Of a DNA stretch of 15,030 bases, positions 1 to 7,619 are shown piece after piece; the stretch's first letter is position 1; every line of letters starts with the position of its first letter. Position numbers and translations under genes: made by a program. The DNA is from a virus (lineage: Duplodnaviria > Heunggongvirae > Uroviricota > Caudoviricetes). Location: IMG/VR virus record IMGVR_UViG_3300014749_000039, positions 1 to 15,030 of that record, one strand, 5' to 3'. The notes below the pieces were generated by a model, which was not told where the DNA came from, made no database searches, and saw only the letters and a list, made by a program, of their open reading frames with translations.

Positions 1-1
1 C

Positions 2-952
2 AAAAAATGGCGACAAACCTATTTTTCCACGCCATCCAGCCTGACACACAGTGCTTATCCGTTCTGGTCCGGTGCGCTGTTCAACCGAGGGCGCAACAAA
101 GCCGATAAGGTGGACATCGACCTGTCCCACAGCAATCTGGCCCCCGGCCTGCTGTGCGCAGACGGGCAATACCGCCAGATAGTCACCGTGGAAGATGCGG
201 TGCGCGGCGGCTGTAACCTGTTCGACCTCGACCAGTTGCGCATGGAGTACAGCCCGGACGAATACCAGAACCTGCTGATGTGTGAGTTCGTGGACGATCT
301 CGCGTCTGTGTTCCCACTCAGCGAGCTGCAGGCGTGCATGGTGGACAGTTGGGAAGTCTGGACCGACTTTCATGCACTGGCCCTGCGCCCGTTTGGCTGG
401 CGCGAAGTGTGGATCGGTTATGACCCGGCAAAAGGTACGCAAAACGGCGACAGCGCCGGATGCGTGGTGGTGGCACCGCCAGCCGTGCCGGGTGGTAAGT
501 TCCGCATTCTTGAGCGTCACCAGTGGCGCGGAATGGACTTCCGCGCCCAGGCTGACGCCATCAAAAAACTGACCGAACAGTACAACGTGACCTATATCGG
601 TATCGACTCAACCGGCGTTGGTCACGGGGTTTACGAGAACGTGAAAGCGTTTTTTCCTGCCGTCCGGGAGTTTGTCTACAACCCCAACGTTAAAAACGCC
701 CTGGTACTCAAGGCCTACGACATTATCAGCCACCGCCGTCTGGAGTTTGACGCCGGACACACCGACATAGCGCAGTCCTTTATGGCAATCCGTCGCGCCA
801 CCACCGCCAGTGGCAACCGCCCGACCTATGAAGCCAGCCGCAGCGAAGAAGCCAGCCACGCCGATCTGGCCTGGGCAACGATGCACGCACTGTTTAACGA
901 ACCGCTGCAGGGCGAATCCGCCAATACCAGCAATATTGTGGAGATTTTTTGA
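2..952 (+). CDS. Terminase large (ATPase/nuclease) subunit, P2 gpP-like, C-terminal part; 5' end lies outside the window
   Basis: Reading frame is open from position 2 with no stop before the listed GTG at 110, so the ORF is truncated by the window edge. Translation resembles the C-terminal nuclease region of P2-family terminase large subunits, and the gene sits directly upstream of the portal gene as in the P2 P-Q operon. Confidence 0.7.
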   Translation, partial: KKWRQTYFSTPSSLTHSAYPFWSGALFNRGRNKADKVDIDLSHSNLAPGLLCADGQYRQIVTVEDAVRGGCNLFDLDQLRMEYSPDEYQNLLMCEFVDDLASVFPLSELQACMVDSWEVWTDFHALALRPFGWREVWIGYDPAKGTQNGDSAGCVVVAPPAVPGGKFRILERHQWRGMDFRAQADAIKKLTEQYNVTYIGIDSTGVGHGVYENVKAFFPAVREFVYNPNVKNALVLKAYDIISHRRLEFDAGHTDIAQSFMAIRRATTASGNRPTYEASRSEEASHADLAWATMHALFNEPLQGESANTSNIVEIF

Positions 953-1983
953 TGGGAAAGAGTAAGAAGAACCGCGCTGCGGCGACGAAACAGATCCAGC
1001 TTAAAAGTCAAACTACAGCCGAAGCATTCAGCTTCGGCGATCCCGTTCCTGTTCTGGACCGCCGAGAACTGCTGGATTATGTGGAATGCGTACAGATGGA
1101 CCGCTGGTATGAGCCGCCCGTCAGCTTTGACGGACTGTCGCGCACCTTCCGCGCTGCCGTTCATCATAGTTCCCCGATTGCAGTAAAGTGCAACATTCTG
1201 ACCAGCACCTACATCCCTCACCCGCTGCTCAGCCAGCAGGCTTTTTCGCGTTTTGTGCAGGACTATCTGGTATTTGGTAACGCCTACCTGGAGAAACGCA
1301 CGAACCGCTTCGGTGAAGTTATCGCCCTTGAACCTGCCTTGGCAAAATACACCCGACGCGGGTTAGACCTGGATACCTACTGGTTTGTGCAATACGGTAT
1401 GACCACGCAGCCATATCAGTTCACGAAAGGCAGCATCTTTCATCTGATGGAACCGGACATCAACCAGGAGATCTACGGCCTGCCCAGTTATCTTTCTGCT
1501 ATTCCATCCGCCCTGCTCAACGAGTCTGCCACGCTGTTCCGCCGCAAGTATTACATTAACGGCAGTCATGCAGGCTTCATCATGTATATGACCGACGCCG
1601 CGCAGAACCAGGAAGATGTGAACAACCTCCGCAACGCGATGAAAAGCGCCAAAGGCCCTGGCAACTTCCGCAACCTGTTTATGTACTCGCCTAACGGCAA
1701 AAAGGACGGGCTTCAGATCATCCCGTTGTCAGAAGTCGCAGCGAAAGATGAATTTCTGAACATCAAGAACGTGAGCCGGGACGACATGATGGCTGCACAC
1801 CGCGTACCGCCTCAGATGATGGGAATTTTGCCGAATAATGTTGGGGGGTTTGGTGATGTGGAAAAAGCAAGCAAAGTGTTTGTTAGAAATGAATTAATCC
1901 CATTGCAAAGAAGGATTCAAGAACTTAACGAATGGCTTAACATAGAAGTTATTATCTTTTCTCCATATAATTTATCCAATTGA
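952..1983 (+). CDS. Portal protein, P2 gpQ-like (alternative TTG start at 949)
   Basis: 343/344-aa ORF, the size of P2 portal. ATG at 952 overlaps the terminase stop TGA (950-952) as TGATG; GGAG at 940-943 as SD. The last ~40 codons (from ~1861) are markedly AT-rich compared with the rest of the gene. Confidence 0.7.
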   Translation: MGKSKKNRAAATKQIQLKSQTTAEAFSFGDPVPVLDRRELLDYVECVQMDRWYEPPVSFDGLSRTFRAAVHHSSPIAVKCNILTSTYIPHPLLSQQAFSRFVQDYLVFGNAYLEKRTNRFGEVIALEPALAKYTRRGLDLDTYWFVQYGMTTQPYQFTKGSIFHLMEPDINQEIYGLPSYLSAIPSALLNESATLFRRKYYINGSHAGFIMYMTDAAQNQEDVNNLRNAMKSAKGPGNFRNLFMYSPNGKKDGLQIIPLSEVAAKDEFLNIKNVSRDDMMAAHRVPPQMMGILPNNVGGFGDVEKASKVFVRNELIPLQRRIQELNEWLNIEVIIFSPYNLSN

Positions 1984-1990
1984 ATTTAAT

Positions 1991-2007
1991 GGGTAGTAAA
2001 ACTACCC
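1991..2007 (-). terminator. Short hairpin between convergent portal and DprA-like genes (possible bidirectional terminator)
   Basis: Perfect 7-bp inverted repeat GGGTAGT-aaa-ACTACCC immediately after the DprA-like stop codon (2009-2011); flanks are A/T-rich but there is no clean U-run. Confidence 0.3.
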
Positions 2008-2008
2008 A

Positions 2009-2971
2009 CTAAATCAGAAAGTGACTCATATTAGATCTATAAATATCAGAATTTATCTTAATTTTGCTTATTGACTCAGATATTACATTCATCAGTGAAT
2101 CATAGTCTTGACTAGTGCGCAAGGGATTAGCCAATTCATTATCAACAAGTTGTTGAGTTCCTTCGCAATTAAGTCCCAGTGGATTATCAGCCTTATGCGG
2201 TACAACAGCAAAAATAGGTCTTGCCGCTTTAATAGCAAAATCCGCCTGCGTCATTGTCCCACTATTTTTTGCTGCTTCGATTAGTATCGAAACTGCTGAT
2301 AAACCTACCTGGATTCTGTTGCGTTGCACAAATGACTGCTTGAATGCAGGCCTCCCTACAGGATACTCAGAAATCCAAGCCCCACCGTTAGATAAAATTT
2401 CATTTGCTAATCTAGCATTTTGTTTAGGCTTAGCGCTCTCTAAACCATGAGCTAATACAGCAATTGTTTTAGCACCTGCCTTAAGAGTTGCCTTGTGTGC
2501 ATTTGTATCAGTACCAATAGCTAGGCCGCTTACAATCACCACACCTCTTTCACAGATTTTCTTGGTAATTCTCTTCGTAATTTCTTCCCCTGCCATAGAA
2601 ACTTCACGAGAACCAACAATTGCAACTCCTGGCATCTCACTAAGAATATTTACGTCCCCCTTCAAATATAACATTGCTGGGGGATTTGGCGTAATTGCTA
2701 AACAAATAGGGTATTTAGCATCTCCAAAAGGAATTGGAACAATCCCCAATGATAAATGCTTGCTCAAATAGTCTTCAGCATTATGCAATGACGCTATAGA
2801 AAAGGTTGATTTTAAAATCCCGGCTGAATTAACACACTCAACCAATTCATATTCATCGGAAATAATATGGAATGGAATATCGTTAAATAATTTAAGCAAC
2901 CCTTGTTCTGATGCAAGTCTATCAACCTGTACCGATAGACCTAACAATATTTTGAATTGGGAAGGGTGCAT
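2009..2971 (-). CDS. DprA/Smf-like Rossmann-fold (SLOG-type) protein with ~100-aa N-terminal extension; second gene of the PRTase-DprA pair
   Basis: Translation contains the DprA core signature (VAIVGSREVS...VVIVSGLAIGTDTNAHKATLKAGAKTIAVLAHGLE...WISEYPVG...QRNRIQVGLS...IEAAKNSGTMTQADFAIKAARPIFAVVP). Start chosen at ATG 2969-2971, preceded by AGGAG; the listed ORF start at 2986 lacks an SD. Low GC. Confidence 0.75.
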   Translation of the reverse strand: MHPSQFKILLGLSVQVDRLASEQGLLKLFNDIPFHIISDEYELVECVNSAGILKSTFSIASLHNAEDYLSKHLSLGIVPIPFGDAKYPICLAITPNPPAMLYLKGDVNILSEMPGVAIVGSREVSMAGEEITKRITKKICERGVVIVSGLAIGTDTNAHKATLKAGAKTIAVLAHGLESAKPKQNARLANEILSNGGAWISEYPVGRPAFKQSFVQRNRIQVGLSAVSILIEAAKNSGTMTQADFAIKAARPIFAVVPHKADNPLGLNCEGTQQLVDNELANPLRTSQDYDSLMNVISESISKIKINSDIYRSNMSHFLI

Positions 2972-2975
2972 TATT

Positions 2976-3545
2976 TCACTCCTCATAATTAGCTGTTTCT
3001 AGTAACGCCAGTGGCAATATTGTCTTTGCGCCTGCATATCTTAACAGATAATAGCACGCCGTCATACTCCCCCCAGTTGTAGTAACATCATCAATAAGGA
3101 GAATAACCTTATCAGCCACATTGGATGTAACTCCGATTGTTGACATATGATGTTCGACAGAACGATCTCCGCCCCCCTTATGAGCACTCACTACTGTTGT
3201 TTTTCTCTGTAATGATTGGTTATATACAGCATTAGGAAATTTTTTCGCAATATCTTGCGCTATTTTTATTAAAGCTTGAGATACTTTTCCCTCAGCATGA
3301 GAAGGAACAATTGTTATCTCAAAGGGCACGTCGGTAAAAGCAACCCTACCAATCACATAGCTTTGGAGGCTAGAAGTTAAAAGTTGGGTAAAAATATTAA
3401 CAGCCTTTGCATACCCGGAATTTGAAGCGTCCTTCAAATCCATCATTGCCTTTGAAAGTCTATCCCCGGAACGAGGATTTCGCTCTCCTCGATATCGCCA
3501 AGGATGATATGTACCGCAAGAGTAAATTTTGATTGGCCCCATCAT
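2976..3545 (-). CDS. Phosphoribosyltransferase-domain protein (ComF/ComFC-like PRTase); first gene of the pair
   Basis: Classic PRPP-binding loop VILLIDDVTTTGGSM near the C-terminus. Stop TGA at 2976-2978 lies 4 nt upstream of the DprA-like start, so the two genes form a tight operon. Low GC. Confidence 0.75.
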   Translation of the reverse strand: MMGPIKIYSCGTYHPWRYRGERNPRSGDRLSKAMMDLKDASNSGYAKAVNIFTQLLTSSLQSYVIGRVAFTDVPFEITIVPSHAEGKVSQALIKIAQDIAKKFPNAVYNQSLQRKTTVVSAHKGGGDRSVEHHMSTIGVTSNVADKVILLIDDVTTTGGSMTACYYLLRYAGAKTILPLALLETANYEE

Positions 3546-3672
3546 TTTTCTGCGCCTTAAGAGTAGATATATCCATATTAAATGGATACTTACATCATTT
3601 ACAACCCAAAAAATGACACCAAGTTATCACTAATGACTTAGGTTCAAATGCCAAACTAACTCTCTGCGCGCG

Positions 3673-3691
3673 CTCGTATCCCCGCCACGCC
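3673..3691 (-). other. cos-like cohesive-end site of the P2/186 type
   Basis: Minus strand reads GGCGTGGCGGGGATACGAG; the first 13 nt match the start of the P2/186 19-nt cohesive end as I remember it (GGCG[A/T]GGCGGGGA...). It sits in a GC-rich patch between the portal-side cargo and the tum-like/A side, where cos lies in P2/186. Confidence 0.45.
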
Positions 3692-3736
3692 TGCCCGCTT
3701 TATGTAGTGGTTTTCATGCAGGTGCATGATCTACGC

Positions 3737-3764
3737 AAAAGCCCGCCAGTTCTGGCGGGCTTTA
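3737..3764. terminator. Stem-loop with short T/A runs on either side (possible bidirectional terminator near cos)
   Basis: AAAA-GCCCGCCA-gttc-TGGCGGGC-TTT: 8-bp GC-rich stem with 4-nt loop, flanked by AAAA upstream and TTT downstream. Confidence 0.35.
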
Positions 3765-4033
3765 GCAAAAACGATCCTCAAACGATCATGCAATCTCATG
3801 CAGCATAGACATGCACAGACGAGTAAAGCGAATCGGACTTTACGCAAGGTGAACTCCTCAGCGGGCATAATCAGTATGTCGGAAGATCTCTAAAAATGAA
3901 TAATTCGGTTAACAGGTATGCTTACAAAAGCATATATTTGATTAAAAATCATGTAAGGGGGAGGATCTCAAACTGAATCGCCACGGGTTTTACAAATTTC
4001 GATAGTCTCTCTAACGTTTCGGCTGAGGTCAAA

Positions 4034-4459
4034 ATGAAAAGCTTTTACGTATTAATTTTAATTCTGGTTGCAAGCTTTGTTAGCGTCCCAGTTCAGGCGG
4101 TAACAGCTAAAAACTATGAGAAAGGAACTAAAGCTCAACAGAAATCAATATCTTACCTTTCATGTGCATTCTATGGCAGTAGCACACAATTAGATCCTAG
4201 CTACACGGAGCAAGTACCTACAGCCGATATCAAGATATTACAGAAAGCAGCTTACCACGCTTACAACGATGCGCTCTCATACTTTGGTTATGAGGAACCA
4301 GATCACGAACAACGCATAATTGATTATGCTGAATTTGTGGCGTCGCAAGAAGCTGTGTTATGGGATAAACCAGGAATGAATGGAAAGCAGGTAACACTAA
4401 TTGCTCGTTCTCTCTACAATGAGAGTAACTGTAACTTGTTACTGGACTCAATTAAGTAG
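4034..4459 (+). CDS. Small secreted/periplasmic protein of unknown function (cargo gene next to cos)
   Basis: N-terminus MKSFYVLILILVASFVSVPVQA has a charged n-region, hydrophobic core and a VQA-V signal-peptidase-I-like site; no lipobox. SD GAGGT 5 nt upstream of the ATG. AT-rich relative to the phage core. Confidence 0.6.
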   Translation: MKSFYVLILILVASFVSVPVQAVTAKNYEKGTKAQQKSISYLSCAFYGSSTQLDPSYTEQVPTADIKILQKAAYHAYNDALSYFGYEEPDHEQRIIDYAEFVASQEAVLWDKPGMNGKQVTLIARSLYNESNCNLLLDSIK

Positions 4460-4618
4460 GAAAAAGATGGTATTTTGCCCGTAGTTTCAACCTTAATCTC
4501 CGAACCTGTCGCAGAACGGGCGTTCACTCATCAAATAAACGCCACACCTAACGCCTCACTGTACTCGTTGTTCAACCTTGCTGACGCCAGAAGCAATTTC
4601 AGACGCCAGCAACGTTTC

Positions 4619-4852
4619 TTAATGCAGCCAGCTGTCGTCTTCCCACACCTTCTGCATAATTTTCATCACTTGTTTTCTTTCTTCGTCCAGTTGCAGTCCG
4701 GTCAGTTCCACACCGTTAGAGCTACCTTTACGGATACGGATTACCGTTTTGGGATACAGGGGGCGCAGATTGCGGTAAAGCTCGGATTCAAGGGCGTCCA
4801 GGGTAGACTGGCTAATCTTCTGCTCTTTATCGATCATTATTTCAATGCGCAT
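4619..4852 (-). CDS. DinI-family protein
   Basis: Translation from internal ATG (4850-4852) begins MRIEIMIDKEQ... and aligns along its length with E. coli DinI (MRIEV..., ...WE..D.W at the C-terminus). GAGGTGA SD sits 8 nt upstream. The listed 101-aa ORF is an N-terminally over-extended version. Confidence 0.75.
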   Translation of the reverse strand: MRIEIMIDKEQKISQSTLDALESELYRNLRPLYPKTVIRIRKGSSNGVELTGLQLDEERKQVMKIMQKVWEDDSWLH

Positions 4853-4862
4853 AAAAGTCACC

Positions 4863-5051
4863 TCAGCTGATGACATCCATTGAGCGGTTGTATTCGTGGG
4901 TTCTGATTTTTGCCATGAGTTCATCAGTCAATTCAGAAACCCACTGCAGAGCCAGCCCCTTCTCTTCATCACTACACTCACTAGCCGCTACAAGCCTAAG
5001 AAAAAAATCAATGCGCTGGAGCTTCAAAGACTCCAAAAAATAGTCCTGCAT
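4863..5051 (-). CDS. 62-aa protein, first gene of the LexA-box operon; possible Tum-type antirepressor (function inferred from position only)
   Basis: Internal ATG at 5049-5051 is preceded by a strong SD AGGAGGAAAG; the listed 96-aa ORF start has none. Lies 10 nt upstream of the DinI-like gene and directly downstream of a LexA box. Confidence 0.55.
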   Translation of the reverse strand: MQDYFLESLKLQRIDFFLRLVAASECSDEEKGLALQWVSELTDELMAKIRTHEYNRSMDVIS

Positions 5052-5092
5052 CTTTCCTCCTATGACACCACACGCAACACTGTATGTATAAC

Positions 5093-5112
5093 CACTGTTT
5101 ATATTTACAGTA
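5093..5112. promoter_or_regulatory. LexA (SOS) box upstream of the 62-aa/DinI-like operon
   Basis: CACTGTTTATATTTACAGTA has the CTGT-N8-ACAG pattern with an AT-rich spacer, a near-consensus match, and overlaps AT-rich promoter-like sequence about 40 nt upstream of the operon start. Confidence 0.7.
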
Positions 5113-5204
5113 TATAATAATCTTACTGATGTAAAACGTTTTTTTACGTTCATCAGCCTGATATGCCTGGTATTATTAAGAGCACGAATTGTTAACCCGC
5201 GTAA

Positions 5205-7619
5205 TTAATACAGGTTCCGCCACTGATCATCTTCCTGCAAACGCTGGTTCCGATAGAAGATACGCAGGCCTGCTCCTGACGGAATACTGCCTCCGCGAAG
5301 GAGTAAATCGACCTCTTTCTCGCTGCCATCAAATCCTCTGGACTTCAGCTCATACACGAGCTGCAGTCGCTGATGGTCTGTAATTCGCTGTTTGTAGTCT
5401 TTACGCCGTTTCGGTTTCACCAGGCGTAACCTTGCTGCCAGTTCCCGGCGCTCTTTTTTGCTCATACTGTGCAGGTAATCGTGCAACTCCTTGTCATCCA
5501 TGCGGGTAATGTCCGTCCTGGTATCCCCATCAGCTGATTTATCTTTCCCTTGTTGGTTCAAATTTTCAGCAAGGGGACAGTTATTGCCACGAGTCCAAGG
5601 GGCGCAAGCGCCCTGGTCGGCTGCCGCCTCCTGAACGTCAACGGCTTTACGAACCATTTTCCACTTCACTGCATGAGTGCAGATCTTGCCCTCTGCAATG
5701 GGTGACCAGATGCCATAAATACGAATACCGTGATCGCCATAGGCGGTCGGCTCTTCGTTGATTTCATAAGCGGTTCTGATGAGGTGATATTTACGGGGAA
5801 CCAGTACGCCGCCCTGCTTCATGATGTAGGTGGCAAAGCAACCAGCATCAGCTGCAGCCAGAATGGCATCAAGGCGCGGGTTATCCAGTACCGGCGCACC
5901 TGCTTTTTTGTCACCCTGTTGCCTTGCCGCCTGACCAGCCAGCAATCGCAGTTCACGGTAAGCCTGACGCCCCGGAATGCCAAAGAAGCGGAATTGCTGA
6001 ACACGATGCAGAGACGCCCAGGCATTAACGTATTCAGCGTTATCACGCAGAGATTTACCCGTTTCCTTGCTGATCTCGCCAGCCAGACCACGCCCGTCAA
6101 TGTTCTTACTGATATATTTCGCGATGTAGCTTGTCGGCGTTCCTTTGCGCGGGTTAATCAACTCAGACTTAAAGCGCGGCCCAGTGTTATTGCCCAGCTC
6201 CTCGCGGTCTTCACGGATGGCAAACTTACGCAGTAATGCAGTGATGGCGCGGCGGTCTTTTTTGCGCATAAAACACAACAGGTGCCAGTGAACTGTACCG
6301 TCATGATGCGGCTCAGCCACCCGCACGCCATACCAGCGCAATCCGGCTTTGTGCATCGCCTTACGAAATGCAGCAAACATGCCGACCAGATAGTCGCTGC
6401 TTTGTCTTACCGTCGAGTTTGTCCAGGTCGGGTTGGGTCTGCCGTTATTGAGCGTGGAATGGAAACGCGACGGACAGGTGATAGTGTAGAAAACGGCGCA
6501 GTCACCGCGCATTTCCGCGATAAGCTCCAGACCTTTAACACAGGCCATCATCTCATTGCGGCGATGCGCCGGGTTGCTGCTGCTGGCGTTTACCACATCT
6601 TCCATATCCAGCGTGTCGCCGTCTTCGTTCACCAGTTCATGAGAACGGAAAAACTCCAGCGACTTACGGCGCTGCTCACGTTTATGCATCACGGCTTCAT
6701 AGCTGACATAGGGGGATGCTTTTTTGCTGACCAGGCAGACAGCACGCAACTGCTCTTCCCGCCATTCGCAACGCATCTTCCATAATTTCCGATACCACCA
6801 GTCGGCACACAACATACGCGCCAGCGAACCCGGAATGAGTTCATAGGGCACGGGTTTACGGCGGTTTCTTTTCCGACGGAGTTGCTCAAACGCAGGCGGA
6901 ATAACATCCAGACGCAGGGTTTCCGCTGCCACCTTTTCCCATGTTTTGCGGATTTCTTCTGGCTTAACGTCATCGGTGGCATACAAATCACCACAAGCGG
7001 CATCAAGGCACATGCTCATATGCGCAGCGACAAGGGTAGACAGGCGTTTCACCTGATCCTGACTCATTTCAGGCAGGATAAGCAGGCCATCCAGCCCTTC
7101 ATGGCTTGCCATAAAGCGAAAAGAAGTGGATAGCTGACAGTCGCGGACATGCTCCAGTCGTTCCAGACATGGCTTAATCGTCTCACGCAAATAGCGGGAA
7201 TAAGCCTTTGGCCTGCCCAGGCTGCTGAAATATTCAATACGTTGCATCAGCGGCTTGCTGATATGGGAAGGCTGGGCGTTGACGTCAGCCAGAATGACCA
7301 TGTCCGGATTAAAACGCTGCTGCTCATGCGCCAGCTTTGCCCGGCTAATGAGCTTATCCTGCTCCATTTCGCGCTGGACAGGATCACGGGATTCATTAAA
7401 GAAATAACGCTCCCAGACCTGATCACTCAGTGCCTCGCGGCGCAGTTGTTCCTGCTCGTTATCGGCAGCGTACAGAGTGATCAGGTTTGAAAGTGCAGAA
7501 ACCGGCGCAACTTCCGCCGGGTCCAGATAAGGGTTAATGGCCTTTTTTGGGCTGTTCCATGAGAATGCTGCGGCGACCTCGTTAAAGCCGCTGCAGTTGT
7601 TCATATCAGCATGGCTCAT
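5205..7619 (-). CDS. Rolling-circle replication initiation endonuclease, P2/186 gpA-like
   Basis: ~800-aa protein with an HUH-type motif ([10 protein letters not shown]) and a twin-tyrosine motif ([10 protein letters not shown]) typical of superfamily I rolling-circle initiators. Start chosen at ATG 7617-7619, which overlaps the Dam stop as ATGA; the listed ORF begins at an upstream TTG (7646). Confidence 0.8.
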   Translation of the reverse strand: MSHADMNNCSGFNEVAAAFSWNSPKKAINPYLDPAEVAPVSALSNLITLYAADNEQEQLRREALSDQVWERYFFNESRDPVQREMEQDKLISRAKLAHEQQRFNPDMVILADVNAQPSHISKPLMQRIEYFSSLGRPKAYSRYLRETIKPCLERLEHVRDCQLSTSFRFMASHEGLDGLLILPEMSQDQVKRLSTLVAAHMSMCLDAACGDLYATDDVKPEEIRKTWEKVAAETLRLDVIPPAFEQLRRKRNRRKPVPYELIPGSLARMLCADWWYRKLWKMRCEWREEQLRAVCLVSKKASPYVSYEAVMHKREQRRKSLEFFRSHELVNEDGDTLDMEDVVNASSSNPAHRRNEMMACVKGLELIAEMRGDCAVFYTITCPSRFHSTLNNGRPNPTWTNSTVRQSSDYLVGMFAAFRKAMHKAGLRWYGVRVAEPHHDGTVHWHLLCFMRKKDRRAITALLRKFAIREDREELGNNTGPRFKSELINPRKGTPTSYIAKYISKNIDGRGLAGEISKETGKSLRDNAEYVNAWASLHRVQQFRFFGIPGRQAYRELRLLAGQAARQQGDKKAGAPVLDNPRLDAILAAADAGCFATYIMKQGGVLVPRKYHLIRTAYEINEEPTAYGDHGIRIYGIWSPIAEGKICTHAVKWKMVRKAVDVQEAAADQGACAPWTRGNNCPLAENLNQQGKDKSADGDTRTDITRMDDKELHDYLHSMSKKERRELAARLRLVKPKRRKDYKQRITDHQRLQLVYELKSRGFDGSEKEVDLLLRGGSIPSGAGLRIFYRNQRLQEDDQWRNLY

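Noticed and set aside
55-1569. ORFs 55..339(-), 282..572(+), 608..886(-), 826..1221(-), 1363..1569(-)
   Set aside because: Embedded in the terminase and portal coding regions on the opposite strand or alternate frame; no independent start signals.
2493-2771. 92-aa + strand ORF
   Set aside because: Antisense to the DprA-like gene, whose conserved motifs confirm the minus-strand frame.
2009-3545. Reading the PRTase + DprA pair as genuine natural-competence genes (comF/dprA)
   Set aside because: Core competence genes are chromosomal and not adjacent in enterobacteria; here the pair is an AT-rich operon inserted at a prophage variable site, and the DprA-like protein has a non-canonical N-terminal extension. 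A defence or cargo role fits better, though it is untested.
4230-5383. ORFs 4230..4451(-), 4475..4870(+), 4896..5117(+), 5189..5383(+)
   Set aside because: Overlap better-supported genes (secreted protein, DinI-like, 62-aa gene, 3' end of A) or the LexA-box promoter region; no SDs.
5730-7490. Several 70-170-aa + strand ORFs (5730..6236, 6282..6785, 6882..7133, 7149..7490) plus minus-strand ORFs 5819..6100, 6158..6376 and 6689..7006
   Set aside because: All lie inside the 800-aa replication gene A, antisense or out of frame, with no SDs and Arg/Cys-rich composition typical of off-frame translation of GC-balanced coding DNA.
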